Positions 1 to 8,129 of a stretch of 64,000 nt of DNA are shown here, one piece after another. How positions within the stretch are numbered: the stretch's first letter is position 1; the number at the start of each line of letters is the position of its first letter. The stretch comes from Candidatus Saccharimonadales bacterium. GTDB lineage: Bacteria; Patescibacteriota; Saccharimonadia; Saccharimonadales; Saccharimonadaceae. Where the stretch lies: the NCBI GenBank assembly GCA_049295575.1, contig JBAQQX010000003.1:35519-99518 (forward strand), read 5' to 3'. The notes beneath the pieces were generated by a model that made no database searches, was not told the origin of the DNA, and saw only the letters and a program-made list of their open reading frames with translations. Made by a program: the position numbers and the translations under genes.

Positions 1-67
1 CACCGCGCATCTGGCCTTCTAATATCTTCGCTCGGTGTAAGGCTCGCTGCTTTAATTCGGTAATCAT
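1..67 (-). CDS. CsoR/RcnR/FrmR-family metal-sensing repressor, N-terminal 22 codons only (gene runs off the window start)
   Basis: Minus-strand ATG at 65-67 gives MITELKQRALHRAKILEGQMRG. The HR.K.LEGQ.RG stretch matches the conserved first helix of the DUF156/CsoR family. A cognate-type palindrome lies just upstream. Confidence 0.6.
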   Translation of the reverse strand, partial: MITELKQRALHRAKILEGQMRG

Positions 68-73
68 ACTATT

Positions 74-102
74 ACTATATACCCCCTGGGGGTACTAGTC
101 AA
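74..102 (-). promoter_or_regulatory. Promoter with CsoR-type operator in the spacer
   Basis: Minus strand reads TTGACT-AGTACCCCCAGGGGGTA-TATAGT-AATAGT-ATG. The -35 is at 102-97, the spacer is 17 nt, and the -10 is at 79-74. The perfect palindrome TACCCCC-A-GGGGGTA occupies 94-80. The ATG is 6 nt after the -10, so the transcript is leaderless. Confidence 0.6.
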
Positions 103-278
103 TTTAATACTTTATACGCAAAAAGAGTCATATTGCCTGAGTCTCATTTGAGTCAAACAAAAAAATGCCGATCTAGTCGACGTTTTTCTGAGGTCGCTAC
201 TTGAAATAATCTTAGTGCGTCATAAGCCACAAAGTTAAAACTCTACTCGTAGAAATGTCACTGCCGCCGCGACTATAG

Positions 279-740
279 CTAAGGCCTTTTTATTAACTTG
301 AGCAAGTTATCAACCTTGTGTTTTATTTCTTGATATATCTCTTCTTCATAAGACTCACGACTGCCATGATTCGTGCGGTGACCTTCGCCGATGTCAATAA
401 TTTCCCAGTTATAACTATTCGATGGTAATGTGACAATTTTCATTGCTTCATCAACAACTCTTCGATTCATCAAAACAATGATGTCATGGCTATTACTTAT
501 ACGTTCTTGAGTCAATTGCTCTGCATTTGATTTTGCATAAGATTCAATTCCATGTCTGTCTAGGACGGATAATGTATTCGCAAAATACTCACGCTCCTGC
601 GGGTCATTCCAGTTAACGTTAGTGCCACTAGATAGTACATTTACATCTTTAGTATTTAGTGATTTTAAGTATGTCTCGGCGATAAGACTTCGCAGTACGT
701 TGCCACGACAAATAAAGTGTATGTTCATTAGTTCAATCAT
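279..740 (-). CDS. Low-molecular-weight protein-tyrosine phosphatase / ArsC-like phosphatase
   Basis: The CX5R(S) P-loop CRGNVLRS lies near the N-terminus (MIELMNIHFICRGNVLRS). The track ORF 279-980 runs through two tRNA genes, so the start is trimmed to ATG 740 (alternative ATG 728). Confidence 0.75.
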   Translation of the reverse strand: MIELMNIHFICRGNVLRSLIAETYLKSLNTKDVNVLSSGTNVNWNDPQEREYFANTLSVLDRHGIESYAKSNAEQLTQERISNSHDIIVLMNRRVVDEAMKIVTLPSNSYNWEIIDIGEGHRTNHGSRESYEEEIYQEIKHKVDNLLKLIKRP

Positions 741-744
741 ACCA

Positions 745-773
745 AATAAAAAATCCAGCGGCGAGGCTGGATT
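745..773 (-). terminator. Rho-independent terminator after tRNA-Gly
   Basis: Stem aatccagc/gctggatt (752-759/766-773), followed on the minus strand by TTTTTATT. Confidence 0.6.
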
Positions 774-780
774 CTTTATT

Positions 781-856
781 TGGTGCGGGTACAGGGACTC
801 TAACCCTGGACCTCGTCCTTGGCAAGGACGCGCTCTAACAGCTGAGCTACACCCGC
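781..856 (-). tRNA. tRNA-Gly (anticodon GCC), CCA encoded
   Basis: Minus strand: GCGGGTGTAGCTCAGCTGTTAGAGCGCGTCCTTGCCAAGGACGAGGTCCAGGGTTAGAGTCCCTGTACCCGCACCA. All four stems pair. Anticodon loop is TTGCCAA. The D-loop (AGCTGTTA) and T-loop (TTAGAGT) are unusual. Confidence 0.9.
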
Positions 857-910
857 ATGCACTCCAAAGATTATAGGCGAGAACGGGGAGAAATGCAAGA
901 GAACGAAGGA

Positions 911-938
911 AATAAAATACCCGATCACAAGGATCGGG
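911..938 (-). terminator. Rho-independent terminator after tRNA-Phe
   Basis: Stem cccgatc/gatcggg (920-926/932-938), followed on the minus strand by TATTTTATT. Confidence 0.6.
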
Positions 939-947
939 AATTTTATT

Positions 948-1023
948 TGGTGGCTCCTCCCAGACTCGAACTGGGGACACGCGGCTCTTCAGGCCGCTGC
1001 TCTACCAACTGAGCTAAAGAGCC
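948..1023 (-). tRNA. tRNA-Phe (anticodon GAA), CCA encoded
   Basis: Minus strand: GGCTCTTTAGCTCAGTTGGTAGAGCAGCGGCCTGAAGAGCCGCGTGTCCCCAGTTCGAGTCTGGGAGGAGCCACCA. Canonical cloverleaf with anticodon loop CTGAAGA. Confidence 0.93.
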
Positions 1024-1084
1024 ACACAGTGCGCATTGCGCGCAACTCTGACTATTTTACTAGAGTTACGCGCATTCGGCAAGG

Positions 1085-1834
1085 CTACTTATGAATTAAC
1101 TTACCTACTGTGTCAATGAGATCAGCAGGAAGAACAAAGAGTGTTTTCTGGCTTGGCTCAACAGCAATTTTCTCTAGTGTTTGGAGCGTACGGATATTAA
1201 TACCCCCAGGAGACTTGGTAAGAATACTTGCTGCTTCGGCTACGGCTGCTGCTGCTGCTTTTTCTCCCTCAGCAGTAATAATAACCGCACGACGCTCACG
1301 TTCAGCCTCGGCTTGCTTTGCCATTGCTCGCTTCATGTCCTGAGGAAGTTCGATGTTCTGAATCTTCACGTTTTCAACATCGATGCCCCACTTGTCTGTC
1401 TCAGCGTCAACAATCTCTTTGATCTTCTGACTGATTTCTTCGCGCTTGCTAAGAAGCTCGTCAAGATCAGCGTTACCCGTCACGTCGCGAAGAGCGGCTT
1501 GGGCAAACTGGCTTGTTGCGTATACATAGTTGGTCGTCTCAAGAACAGCGCGACTAGCTTCAATAACACGCAGGTAAACAACGGCATCAACACCGACCGT
1601 CACGTTATCCTTCGTGATAATTTCCTGCTTTGGTACGTCGATCGGGGTTGATCGCACGTCAACCTTAATCAGACGCTGGAAGATAGGAACTACAATACGG
1701 AGTCCCGGTTGCTTAATACCCGTATACTTACCGAGGGTAAGGATAACACCTCGCTCATATTGATTAATGATCTTAATACCACTCAAAATGAAAATAGCAA
1801 TTACTACTAGTAAAAATATAATAAATCCGTCCAT
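1085..1834 (-). CDS. SPFH/Band 7 (stomatin/prohibitin-like) membrane protein
   Basis: N-terminal TM helix, then the typical SPFH core (YERGVILTLGKY...TKDNV.V.VDAVVY) and an Ala/Glu-rich coiled-coil tail. SD AAGGGGGA lies before the ATG. Confidence 0.85.
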   Translation of the reverse strand: MDGFIIFLLVVIAIFILSGIKIINQYERGVILTLGKYTGIKQPGLRIVVPIFQRLIKVDVRSTPIDVPKQEIITKDNVTVGVDAVVYLRVIEASRAVLETTNYVYATSQFAQAALRDVTGNADLDELLSKREEISQKIKEIVDAETDKWGIDVENVKIQNIELPQDMKRAMAKQAEAERERRAVIITAEGEKAAAAAVAEAASILTKSPGGINIRTLQTLEKIAVEPSQKTLFVLPADLIDTVGKLIHK

Positions 1835-1920
1835 ATTCCCCCTTATTCTCTTGTGAATCTAGTATAGCACTACAGAAGAGGTGTGCTAGTGCAGAATTAA
1901 AATAATAACTATAGAAGCCC

Positions 1921-2379
1921 TTAGCAAGAGTACGTAGGTATCGTTGGAGTTATAACACCGGTCGTCGCACCAGTCCCTGCCCCGATTCCATCTCGGTTAC
2001 AGCCATTATTAACTGCCATGTTTTCGAGCTCGTTCTCGTCGATCACGTACCTATTCCCCCATGGATTACCCGCCTTGAGACTCGATAGGTTCATCTGAGC
2101 GGCGGCACCAATCCGATCAAGCGTCAAATCATAGTTGGCCTGGGTACCGCAACTCGTACAGGCATTGCCGGTAATATCTTTAAGGACCTTCCCCTCATTG
2201 ATCCGTGCTAGGTGGATTGCTTTTGCAAGATTAGCAAGATCGCTACTTGCCTGTTGGTTCTTGGCTCGTTGCTGTATACCGTTATATGCAACTATCGTGA
2301 TGGCTGCCAGGATGCCGATAATAACGATAACAATCAGAAGTTCAACAATCGTAAAGCCAGTGTGTCTTTTCTTTAGCAT
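1921..2379 (-). CDS. Type IV pilin-like protein (prepilin N-terminal cleavage/methylation domain)
   Basis: MLKKRHTGFTIVELLIVIVIIGILAAITIVAYNGIQ: a class III signal peptide (G/FT..E) plus a hydrophobic helix. Confidence 0.85.
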   Translation of the reverse strand: MLKKRHTGFTIVELLIVIVIIGILAAITIVAYNGIQQRAKNQQASSDLANLAKAIHLARINEGKVLKDITGNACTSCGTQANYDLTLDRIGAAAQMNLSSLKAGNPWGNRYVIDENELENMAVNNGCNRDGIGAGTGATTGVITPTIPTYSC

Positions 2380-2389
2380 AAGTACTTCC

Positions 2390-2398
2390 AGTATATCA
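2390..2398 (-). promoter_or_regulatory. Extended -10 box for the pilin gene
   Basis: TGATATACT on the minus strand, 10 nt before ATG 2379. Confidence 0.4.
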
Positions 2399-2442
2399 CC
2401 GTTGTTACATAGGTAGCGATACGTCCGATCCGCAGTTCAAGG

Positions 2443-2448
2443 TATAAT
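2443..2448 (+). promoter_or_regulatory. -10 box for rarA (leaderless-type spacing)
   Basis: TATAAT 7 nt before ATG 2456. No SD and no convincing -35. Confidence 0.4.
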
Positions 2449-2455
2449 AGAATAT

Positions 2456-3631
2456 ATGCAACGAACACCACTGGCTGAACGAATGCGCCCCCTTACTCTC
2501 GATGATGTTATCGGTCAGAGTCATCTGCTCGATACGGGCGAGATTCTTCGACAGATTGTTCAGAAAAAAGAGCCGGTTAGTCTTATTCTCTGGGGACCTC
2601 CCGGCAGCGGTAAAACAACCCTTGCTCGAATTATCGCCCGCGAAGTAGAGGCGGAGTTCATTGAACTATCCGCTGTTACGAGTGGTAAAAAAGATGTTGA
2701 ACGGGTGGTCGAGCATGCTCGCCAGAACTGGAACCTTCAGCTTCGAACTATCCTTTTTGTCGATGAAATTCACCGCTTCAATAAAGCCCAGCAAGATGCC
2801 TTTCTGCCTCATGTTGAATCGGGTCTCATTACGCTCATCGGCGCTACGACCGAAAATCCGAGCTTTGAAATCATTACCCCGCTACTATCTCGAAGTCGTG
2901 TACTCGTACTACAACCTCTATCTAAAGATGAGATTATTGCCATCTTGCGGCGCGCACTCAAGGAAGAAAAAAAAGCGAAGCGAGTGACACCCAGGGCGCT
3001 CGACTACCTTGCCGAGCTATCAGGCGGCGACGCCCGCGTTGCGCTTGGTAATCTTGAATTAGCGCTTAGTATGAACGAAGAGAAGGTCACTCCTGATGTC
3101 GTTAAAGTTGCTGCTCAAAAACGCGTCCCTGGCTACGATAAAAAAGGAGAGATGCATTATAACGTCATTTCAGCTTTTATAAAAAGTATGCGCGGTAGCA
3201 ATGTTGACGCCGCACTCTACTACCTTGCCCGCATGATTGATGCCGGCGAGGATCCAAAGTTTATCGCTCGACGTATGGTCATCTTTGCCAGTGAAGACAT
3301 CGGTCTTGCCGGCAACGGCGCGCTTGGCCTTGCGCTCAATGCCTTTCAGGCAGTTGAACGTATTGGCATGCCCGAAAGTAGCTATATCCTCTACCATGTC
3401 GTGACAGCCCTCGCCAAAAGCGAAAAGTCACGCCGCACTACCGACGCCATGCACCGTGCCACCGCGCTTGCCAAGCAGCACCCCGACGCTCCGGTGCCAC
3501 TTCACCTTCGAAATGCCGAAACAAAACTCATGAAAGACCTCGGCTACGCAAAAGATTACAAATGGGAAGCGGATTTTAAACACAATAAAGGCTTCCTACC
3601 TGACGAACTACGAAATGAGACTATTTTTTAG
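2456..3631 (+). CDS. rarA: Replication-associated recombination protein A (AAA+ ATPase RarA/MgsA)
   Basis: Walker [10 protein letters not shown], Walker [12 protein letters not shown], and the MgsA C-terminal motifs ([22 protein letters not shown]...GEDP.FI.RR). Confidence 0.93.
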   Translation: MQRTPLAERMRPLTLDDVIGQSHLLDTGEILRQIVQKKEPVSLILWGPPGSGKTTLARIIAREVEAEFIELSAVTSGKKDVERVVEHARQNWNLQLRTILFVDEIHRFNKAQQDAFLPHVESGLITLIGATTENPSFEIITPLLSRSRVLVLQPLSKDEIIAILRRALKEEKKAKRVTPRALDYLAELSGGDARVALGNLELALSMNEEKVTPDVVKVAAQKRVPGYDKKGEMHYNVISAFIKSMRGSNVDAALYYLARMIDAGEDPKFIARRMVIFASEDIGLAGNGALGLALNAFQAVERIGMPESSYILYHVVTALAKSEKSRRTTDAMHRATALAKQHPDAPVPLHLRNAETKLMKDLGYAKDYKWEADFKHNKGFLPDELRNETIF

Positions 3632-4820
3632 TACTTTTTGATCGCTTGATTGCTTCACTGTAGCGATCAATATACGCCTTAGCCATGACATCAGACGAAA
3701 ACTTTTCCGCAACAGACTGACGGCATCGCGCTGGGTCGATCTCGTCAATTCGTCTCATATACTCTTCAAACTCTTGTTCGTTATCTGCTAAAAAGCCATT
3801 GACCCCATGTTCGATTATCTCCGGCATCGCACCATGATTCATGGCAATAACAGGCGTACCACAGGCCAGCGCTTCGATGACCGCCATGCCAAATGGCTCC
3901 TCCCAATCAATCGGAAATAGCAGCGCCTTGGCTTCGGATATAAACTTCTGCTTTTTGCGTCCCTTCAAATTGCCCGAATAGGTAATCTTCGGATAACGCA
4001 GTACGTATGGCAATATTCTGTCACTATAGTAATTAAATTCCTCAGTACTTCGGAAATGACTCATTGGATTCGCCAGCTCAAGTAGCAGTTTTCGATTTGA
4101 CTCGATACCAGCCACCGTACCGGCCATACGAAGACGCGACCGTGTCTTTGCTGCAAGCTTAACAGCAACATGCTGCCCCTTGTCGTGAGAAAAGCGCGCA
4201 AGTGTAATGAAGTAATTTTTCTTAGTGGCGGAGAAGTGAAAATGATCGACATCAATTGCGTTATAGACGGTTGGCAAAATATGCTTCTTTAGCATCTCGG
4301 GAGCAGGTTTCATAAGTGCATCAGAAATACCAACTAGGTAGCTTCGGCCCATGTTGTGCGCCAGCTGCTCCCAGTAGGGATAGTTACTCGGAAGATCCTG
4401 TTCCAGCATGTGCTCGGTGGTAAACGGAGGTCCATGATGCGTATGAATCGAAGGAGGCAGCGATGGGTCAGATGTCGCCCAGGCGAGCATCTGCGTGCCT
4501 AAGAAGCCAGTGTGGTCGTGAATAATATCAAATCGTCCATCTTTTTTTATTTGCATCAAAGCATATTGTAGATGTGCACATGCAATCGGTAGCGCCTCAT
4601 ACATCGGCTTGTGAATATGATTAAACTGCTCCGTCTTATAAAGTGAGTGTGTTTTTATACCCTTAGTAGTGTGGGCACCGTTACCAAATACCACGACCTC
4701 AACATCGAGCTTTCGTAGCCCATCAATTAGCCCATCAAGAACAAGTTCAATTCCACCATAACCTCTAATTGGTAGCGCAAGCCATGGGGGTGCGATAATT
4801 GCAACGCGCAGTTTCGACAT
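3621..4820 (-). CDS. Family 4 glycosyltransferase (GT-B, retaining)
   Basis: MSKLRVAIIAPPWLALPIRGYGGIE N-terminus and C-terminal EPFG...EA.ACGTPVIA....GA.PEII..G.NGFL motifs. Start moved to ATG 4820, which has SD GGAGAGGAG; the longer track ORF has no support. Confidence 0.8.
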   Translation of the reverse strand: MSKLRVAIIAPPWLALPIRGYGGIELVLDGLIDGLRKLDVEVVVFGNGAHTTKGIKTHSLYKTEQFNHIHKPMYEALPIACAHLQYALMQIKKDGRFDIIHDHTGFLGTQMLAWATSDPSLPPSIHTHHGPPFTTEHMLEQDLPSNYPYWEQLAHNMGRSYLVGISDALMKPAPEMLKKHILPTVYNAIDVDHFHFSATKKNYFITLARFSHDKGQHVAVKLAAKTRSRLRMAGTVAGIESNRKLLLELANPMSHFRSTEEFNYYSDRILPYVLRYPKITYSGNLKGRKKQKFISEAKALLFPIDWEEPFGMAVIEALACGTPVIAMNHGAMPEIIEHGVNGFLADNEQEFEEYMRRIDEIDPARCRQSVAEKFSSDVMAKAYIDRYSEAIKRSKSTKK

Positions 4821-4895
4821 TACACTCCTCTCCTTGTCAGCAGTATCTTTATGTAGATAGATGCATTTCCACTCTTTAGTATACCAACTTTGCTT

Positions 4896-4901
4896 TATAA
4901 T
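4896..4901 (+). promoter_or_regulatory. -10 box for the GDE-like gene (leaderless-type spacing)
   Basis: TATAAT 6 nt before ATG 4908. Confidence 0.4.
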
Positions 4902-4907
4902 AAATAC

Positions 4908-6473
4908 ATGGAGCACGTCAACGATACCATATCATTGCCAATAGGATTCAGGCTGCTACCGGGGGAAGAACTGCGAGCAGTTATCCCTCATGCCCCTCGA
5001 GAATTCGAGCACACCCCTTCAAGCCTTGAACAAATAATGCGACTGACACGATCACCCTCACCTAACCTTATTGGTGCAAATGGCCCCAGTGTCGCCTCAC
5101 TCGCCTTTGACGTCTCACTGTCAACCTCTGTACCACCTGACCAATCACCGCTTAACACACCAAGTAGTACCTCTGCCATACTTGCGCCCGCTCCAGAACA
5201 TCTTCGGCTCTATGAAGTCGTGTTTGGACGAGACTCCCTCCGAGTCGCCATTGACCTCATTTCCAGCTATCCTGAACTTGCACGAGCTACTGTATTACGA
5301 CTAGCCGAGCTTCAAGGTATCGAAACAGACATCGCACGTGACGAGGAGCCGGGTGAAATCGTTCATGAGGCACGTGACGAAAACGACCCACTGGCAATGG
5401 GGCTTACTGAGCGTCTTGGCTGGGGCTGGCCGTATTACGGCTCGGTTGATGCTACTCCAGAGTTCATCCGTACCCTCACCGCCTATTGCCGACTTAGTGA
5501 AGAGAACAGTGCCTTCCTTTCAGAAACCTATATCGACCGTAGTAAAAAGCAACGCTCAATTGCTTACGCCCTCGATATGGCTATCGAATGGATTATCCGT
5601 AAACTTGATTCTAACCCAGAAGGACTTCTAGAATACAAAGCCACCCTGCCTAAAGGTATTGAAAACCAAGTATGGAAAGATTCGTGGGACGCGTATCACC
5701 ACGCCGACGGCACACTCGCAAATCACGGCAAGGGTATTGCATCAATTGAAGTACAAACAACCACGTATGATGCATTGCTCGACGCAGCCTATCTTTACGA
5801 GAATGCGCTCGACGATCCAGCAAAAGCCATGTCACTGCGCGCTCGAGCTGCCGAGCTAAAGAAGACGATATTGTCAGTTTTCTGGACAGAAGATAACGGC
5901 GGCTACTTCGTCCTTGGTACCGATCGCGACCACAACAATAATCTTCGCCCGCTCAAGATACGCACCTCAAATATGGGACACGTCCTCAACTCGCGTCTCC
6001 TTGAGTCTGATGAGCCGCACACGATTCGGATGCGCGAAGCTGTCGTGCGACACATCACCTCACCCGAACTGCTAACTAGCCACGGTATCCGCACCCTCGC
6101 AAGCGACGAAGTGCGATTCCGCCCAGGCGCCTATCATAACGGCAGTATATGGCTCTGGGACACACACCACATTGCCAAGGGCCTTCGACGACAGGGCTAC
6201 GGGGATATTGCTGACGAAATTGACCGCCGCTTACTTAACGTCATCGAAGTAACAAAGATATTCCCTGAGTATATACGAGGGACTGATAACGGTACACCAG
6301 AGATAAACATGCACACGATCGTCTTATGGGACAGTGTCGTGCAGCGCGAGAATCAAATTGAGCAACCGCCACAAGAAGTGCAAGCCTGGACCGTCGCGGC
6401 AATCTTAGCAATAAAAAAACGCTTAGCTCGTCGCGGCATATTCACAGACCAGCAGTCTGCGCAAAAGAATTAG
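4908..6473 (+). CDS. Amylo-alpha-1,6-glucosidase / glycogen-debranching-enzyme-like (GDE_C type) glycoside hydrolase
   Basis: (alpha/alpha)6-barrel-type motifs FGRDS, GEIVHE, YGSVDATPEF, WKDSWDA and YHNGSIWLWDTHHIAKGL. The first in-frame ATG is at 4908. Confidence 0.65.
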   Translation: MEHVNDTISLPIGFRLLPGEELRAVIPHAPREFEHTPSSLEQIMRLTRSPSPNLIGANGPSVASLAFDVSLSTSVPPDQSPLNTPSSTSAILAPAPEHLRLYEVVFGRDSLRVAIDLISSYPELARATVLRLAELQGIETDIARDEEPGEIVHEARDENDPLAMGLTERLGWGWPYYGSVDATPEFIRTLTAYCRLSEENSAFLSETYIDRSKKQRSIAYALDMAIEWIIRKLDSNPEGLLEYKATLPKGIENQVWKDSWDAYHHADGTLANHGKGIASIEVQTTTYDALLDAAYLYENALDDPAKAMSLRARAAELKKTILSVFWTEDNGGYFVLGTDRDHNNNLRPLKIRTSNMGHVLNSRLLESDEPHTIRMREAVVRHITSPELLTSHGIRTLASDEVRFRPGAYHNGSIWLWDTHHIAKGLRRQGYGDIADEIDRRLLNVIEVTKIFPEYIRGTDNGTPEINMHTIVLWDSVVQRENQIEQPPQEVQAWTVAAILAIKKRLARRGIFTDQQSAQKN

Positions 6474-6474
6474 A

Positions 6475-8079
6475 CTAGCGGTCGTCTTCGGCAAGCAGCG
6501 TCGCGAGTACGCCATTCGTCCACCCGAATCCATCTTGTAGTGGATACTCGCCGCCGCCACCAAGGCCACTCTCGTTCACGACATTGTATTTCTCAATCAT
6601 TTTACTTTTGCTGGTAAAGATCTTTAGGTTTGTCGCAACCCAGTGCTGCTTAATTTTATCTGCGAGCTGATGGTAGCCGTAGTGTCGTAGGCCTTCGATG
6701 GCAATCATATGAAGTGGTGCCCAGCCGTTTGGGGCATCCCATTGTTCACCCGTCTCCAAAAGAGTTGTCGTCAGTCCGCCGGGCTTCAAAAAGTCTTCTT
6801 CTAGCCGCTTAGCTACGGCAGCAGCCTGCTTCGTTGTCGCGATACGTGCGTAGAGTGGGAATACTGCAGCAAGCGTTAGGCGTCCCGTCGATGCGCCCTT
6901 ATGAAAATTGTAGTCAACGAAGAATTGCTCCTTCTCGTCCCAGCAATATTCACCAATTGCCTTAGCCCGTCGCTCAGCAAGAGCACGGAATTTACGTGCA
7001 AGCAGTGGCTGCAGGAGAAGCGTATATGCTTCGGCAATAGTCTGCTCAAGTTGATACAGTAGACTATTGAGGTCGACAGGTATGATATCTGCGGTATGAA
7101 TCGAGTGCAGATCGTTTGGATCTTCACACCAACGTGAGCTAAAGTCCCACCCCGACTCTGCCGCCGCGCGCAGATGAAGATACAGACGGTCAGCCTCGCG
7201 GTGAGGTGCCGCAGCCGCTGTCGACACATCCTCATGGAGTGATTCCGGTCGAGGCGTTGTCTTGTTGTCGTAATAGCGGTTCAAAAGCATACCATTTGGC
7301 AACTGCGCAACACGGGCAAATGCATTATGCTCAGCTTTCGCCAATTTCGATCGCCCCCTCATCCAGAAGCGATGTTCTGCTAGTAGATACGGCAGGTATT
7401 CAATAAGGATTCGTCGTCCCTTATGGCGAGCGAGGAGCTTAACCATATGCGCGAAAAACGGTGGCTGCGAGCGGCTTAAGAAATAGGTTCGGTTAGCGGT
7501 TGGAATGAAGCCGAATTTTCGAATCATGTACGCATAGTTTCTGACCATCCCCTCGATCATATCCCAGCGGTTATCCGCCGCCAGACCAAGCATAATAAAA
7601 TAGCTATCCCAGTAGAATTGCTCGGAGAAACGACCGCCTGGCACAACGTAGGCATAGGGTAATGCGATAAGCGAGCCGTGATCGCGGCGATTTTTGCGCT
7701 CAAGAACGTGCCAAAGCTCAGCGATATGTTCACGGGGTGTCATTGACGTGTCGGTTTGATACGACGTCGCATGATCGCCAAACTGGTAAAAATGACGACT
7801 GACAAATTCACGAAGATCAAAATCAGGATCCTGCTTTTCGATCAAATATTCTTTCTGGATCTGCTTCATTCGCTGACGAGGAACAAGGTCGACAAATGTC
7901 TTTCCGTCGCCGTACACTTGCGCTGTCTGAACATCGCTAAATAACGGGCCAAGGGCTTCATCAGGACTTTTAGACACACGCGAAAGTGTACCGGTCGTTG
8001 TGACGATCTTTGATTTAATACTATCTGTTTTTGGTATTCGTAAATTCACCTTGTTAGTATAATGTCTACGCTTAGGCAT
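6475..8079 (-). CDS. alpha,alpha-trehalase (GH37), cytoplasmic type
   Basis: Both trehalase signatures are present: PGGRFSEQFYWDSY and QWDAPNGWAP. There is no signal peptide. Confidence 0.9.
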   Translation of the reverse strand: MPKRRHYTNKVNLRIPKTDSIKSKIVTTTGTLSRVSKSPDEALGPLFSDVQTAQVYGDGKTFVDLVPRQRMKQIQKEYLIEKQDPDFDLREFVSRHFYQFGDHATSYQTDTSMTPREHIAELWHVLERKNRRDHGSLIALPYAYVVPGGRFSEQFYWDSYFIMLGLAADNRWDMIEGMVRNYAYMIRKFGFIPTANRTYFLSRSQPPFFAHMVKLLARHKGRRILIEYLPYLLAEHRFWMRGRSKLAKAEHNAFARVAQLPNGMLLNRYYDNKTTPRPESLHEDVSTAAAAPHREADRLYLHLRAAAESGWDFSSRWCEDPNDLHSIHTADIIPVDLNSLLYQLEQTIAEAYTLLLQPLLARKFRALAERRAKAIGEYCWDEKEQFFVDYNFHKGASTGRLTLAAVFPLYARIATTKQAAAVAKRLEEDFLKPGGLTTTLLETGEQWDAPNGWAPLHMIAIEGLRHYGYHQLADKIKQHWVATNLKIFTSKSKMIEKYNVVNESGLGGGGEYPLQDGFGWTNGVLATLLAEDDR

Positions 8080-8095
8080 CGCAATGCTTTTGGCT

Positions 8096-8126
8096 AAAAA
8101 AATCGCCCAGATTCTGGGCGATTTTT
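8096..8126 (-). terminator. Rho-independent terminator after typA
   Basis: Stem tcgccca/tgggcga (8103-8109/8115-8121), flanked by an A-run and a T-run. On the minus strand the hairpin is followed by TTTTTTT. Confidence 0.7.
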
Positions 8127-8129
8127 CAT

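Noticed and set aside
279-980. 233-aa track ORF extending from the phosphatase gene upstream across 741-980
   Set aside because: The N-terminal 80 codons run straight through the tRNA-Gly and tRNA-Phe genes and their terminators. The phosphatase P-loop lies 7-11 residues after internal Met codons at 728 and 740, as expected for this family.
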